Assembly: GCF_003334255.1 (NCBI RefSeq)
Contig: NZ_QOWU01000271.1
Source: Escherichia coli
Lineage (GTDB): Bacteria; Pseudomonadota; Gammaproteobacteria; Enterobacterales; Enterobacteriaceae
Reading direction: 5' to 3' (one strand)
DNA length: 291 bases
Notes under the pieces: generated by a model
The model's input: only the letters and a program-made list of their open reading frames with translations
Told to the model about the DNA's origin: nothing
The model's database searches: none
Shown here: piece after piece, positions 1 through 291 of the stretch
How positions within the stretch are numbered: the first letter of the stretch is position 1
How the letters are laid out: each line of letters opens with the position of its first letter
Position numbers and translations under genes: made by a program

Positions 1-20
1 CTGACGTAAAAAACAGTCAG
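1..20. repeat. Short inverted repeat: CTGAC (1..5) and GTCAG (16..20), 5-bp stem around a 10-nt A-rich loop (GTAAAAAACA); cut by the window edge, so any longer stem cannot be assessed
   Basis: Direct reading: the reverse complement of CTGAC is GTCAG; the stem does not extend (G6 versus A15). The A6 run (8..13) reads as T6 on the minus strand. Confidence 0.3.
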
Positions 21-98
21 TGGGCGAGTGGATACATCGTTGCCGCCAGACAACAACCCATACTTTTGGTTTGCCGGGTATTGGCGCGCCAGTCGTGC

Positions 99-291
99 TC
101 AACTCCGGCTACAGCCAAAATTGCGCTCACCGGTGCAGTGAGCTTTGGTATGTTCCTTCGCCAGATAGTCAGCACGTTCCAGCACCTGCTGAAAGCCAGT
201 GTCATCATCGCGTTCCAGCCACACCGCCGGCCAGGCCGGAAAATGCACCAGCGTGGCATGGCACCCGACATCCACTCCCAGGGCACTGCAC
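99..291 (-). CDS. C-terminal fragment of a hypothetical protein; 5' end lies beyond the window (past position 291); stop TGA at plus 101..99. First complete codon starts at plus 290. Peptide read from the window: CSALGVDVGCHATLVHFPAWPAVWLERDDDTGFQQVLERADYLAKEHTKAHCTGERNFGCSRS*
   Basis: Hand translation of the reverse complement in the frame starting at plus 290 gives 63 sense codons then TGA. Codon usage fits enterobacterial genes (CTG x5, GTG x3, CCG, GCG, GAA; only one rare codon, CGG). First codon positions are G-rich (about 40%) and amino-acid composition is balanced. The two other minus-strand frames either stop early (TGA at plus 210..208) or give a W/R/C-rich product. I could not assign a family from memory. 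Confidence 0.55.
   Translation of the reverse strand, partial: CSALGVDVGCHATLVHFPAWPAVWLERDDDTGFQQVLERADYLAKEHTKAHCTGERNFGCSRS

Noticed and set aside
17-61. Small 14-codon ORF on the minus strand (ATG at plus 61..59, MGCCLAATMYPLAH*) in the downstream region
   Set aside because: No ribosome-binding site precedes the ATG (upstream bases are CCAAAAGT); it is too short and is simply the tail of the rejected track frame.
10-98. Promoter for a downstream gene in the intergenic stretch
   Set aside because: I could not find a convincing -35/-10 pair with 16 to 18 bp spacing on either strand. The only TATA-like hexamer (TACTTT, 61..66) has no suitable -35 partner.
17-286. Track ORF, minus strand, 89 aa (MPWEWMSGAMPRWCIFRPGRRCGWNAMMTLAFSRC...)
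   Set aside because: It starts at GTG, not ATG, has no recognisable ribosome-binding site within the window, and encodes a Trp/Arg/Cys-rich peptide with many rare codons. It lies one base out of frame with a far more gene-like reading frame on the same strand, so it is most likely an out-of-frame shadow. Not fully excluded without a homology search.
150-291. Plus-strand ATG at 150..152 opening a stop-free frame to the window end (MFLRQIVSTFQHLLKASVIIAFQPHRRPGRKMHQRGMAPDIHSQGTA)
   Set aside because: No Shine-Dalgarno-like sequence upstream, rare codons (ATA, CGG x2), and it is antisense to the better-supported minus-strand CDS; likely an antisense open frame.
1-291. tRNA, rRNA, CRISPR or mobile-element signatures
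   Set aside because: No T-loop-like GTTCGA motif or cloverleaf-compatible pairing, no spaced repeats of 20 bp or more, no terminal inverted repeats beyond the 5-bp pair at 1..20, and no REP-like element; the window is dominated by one coding frame.

Overview
This 291-bp window (about 57% GC by manual count, enterobacterial-looking codon usage) most plausibly holds the 3' end of one protein-coding gene on the minus strand, followed by about 98 bp of downstream sequence. The gene enters from beyond position 291 and stops at TGA (plus 101..99); I do not recognise the 63-residue C-terminal peptide, so it stays a hypothetical protein. The supplied 89-aa ORF (17..286, minus) lies on the same strand but one base out of frame; its W/R/C-rich product and rare codons suggest it is a frame shadow of the real gene, not a gene itself. 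No tRNA, rRNA, CRISPR, mobile element or canonical terminator is visible. Nothing here supports a novel multi-gene system, and the window is too short to show one. All calls rest on hand translation and composition, with no database search.
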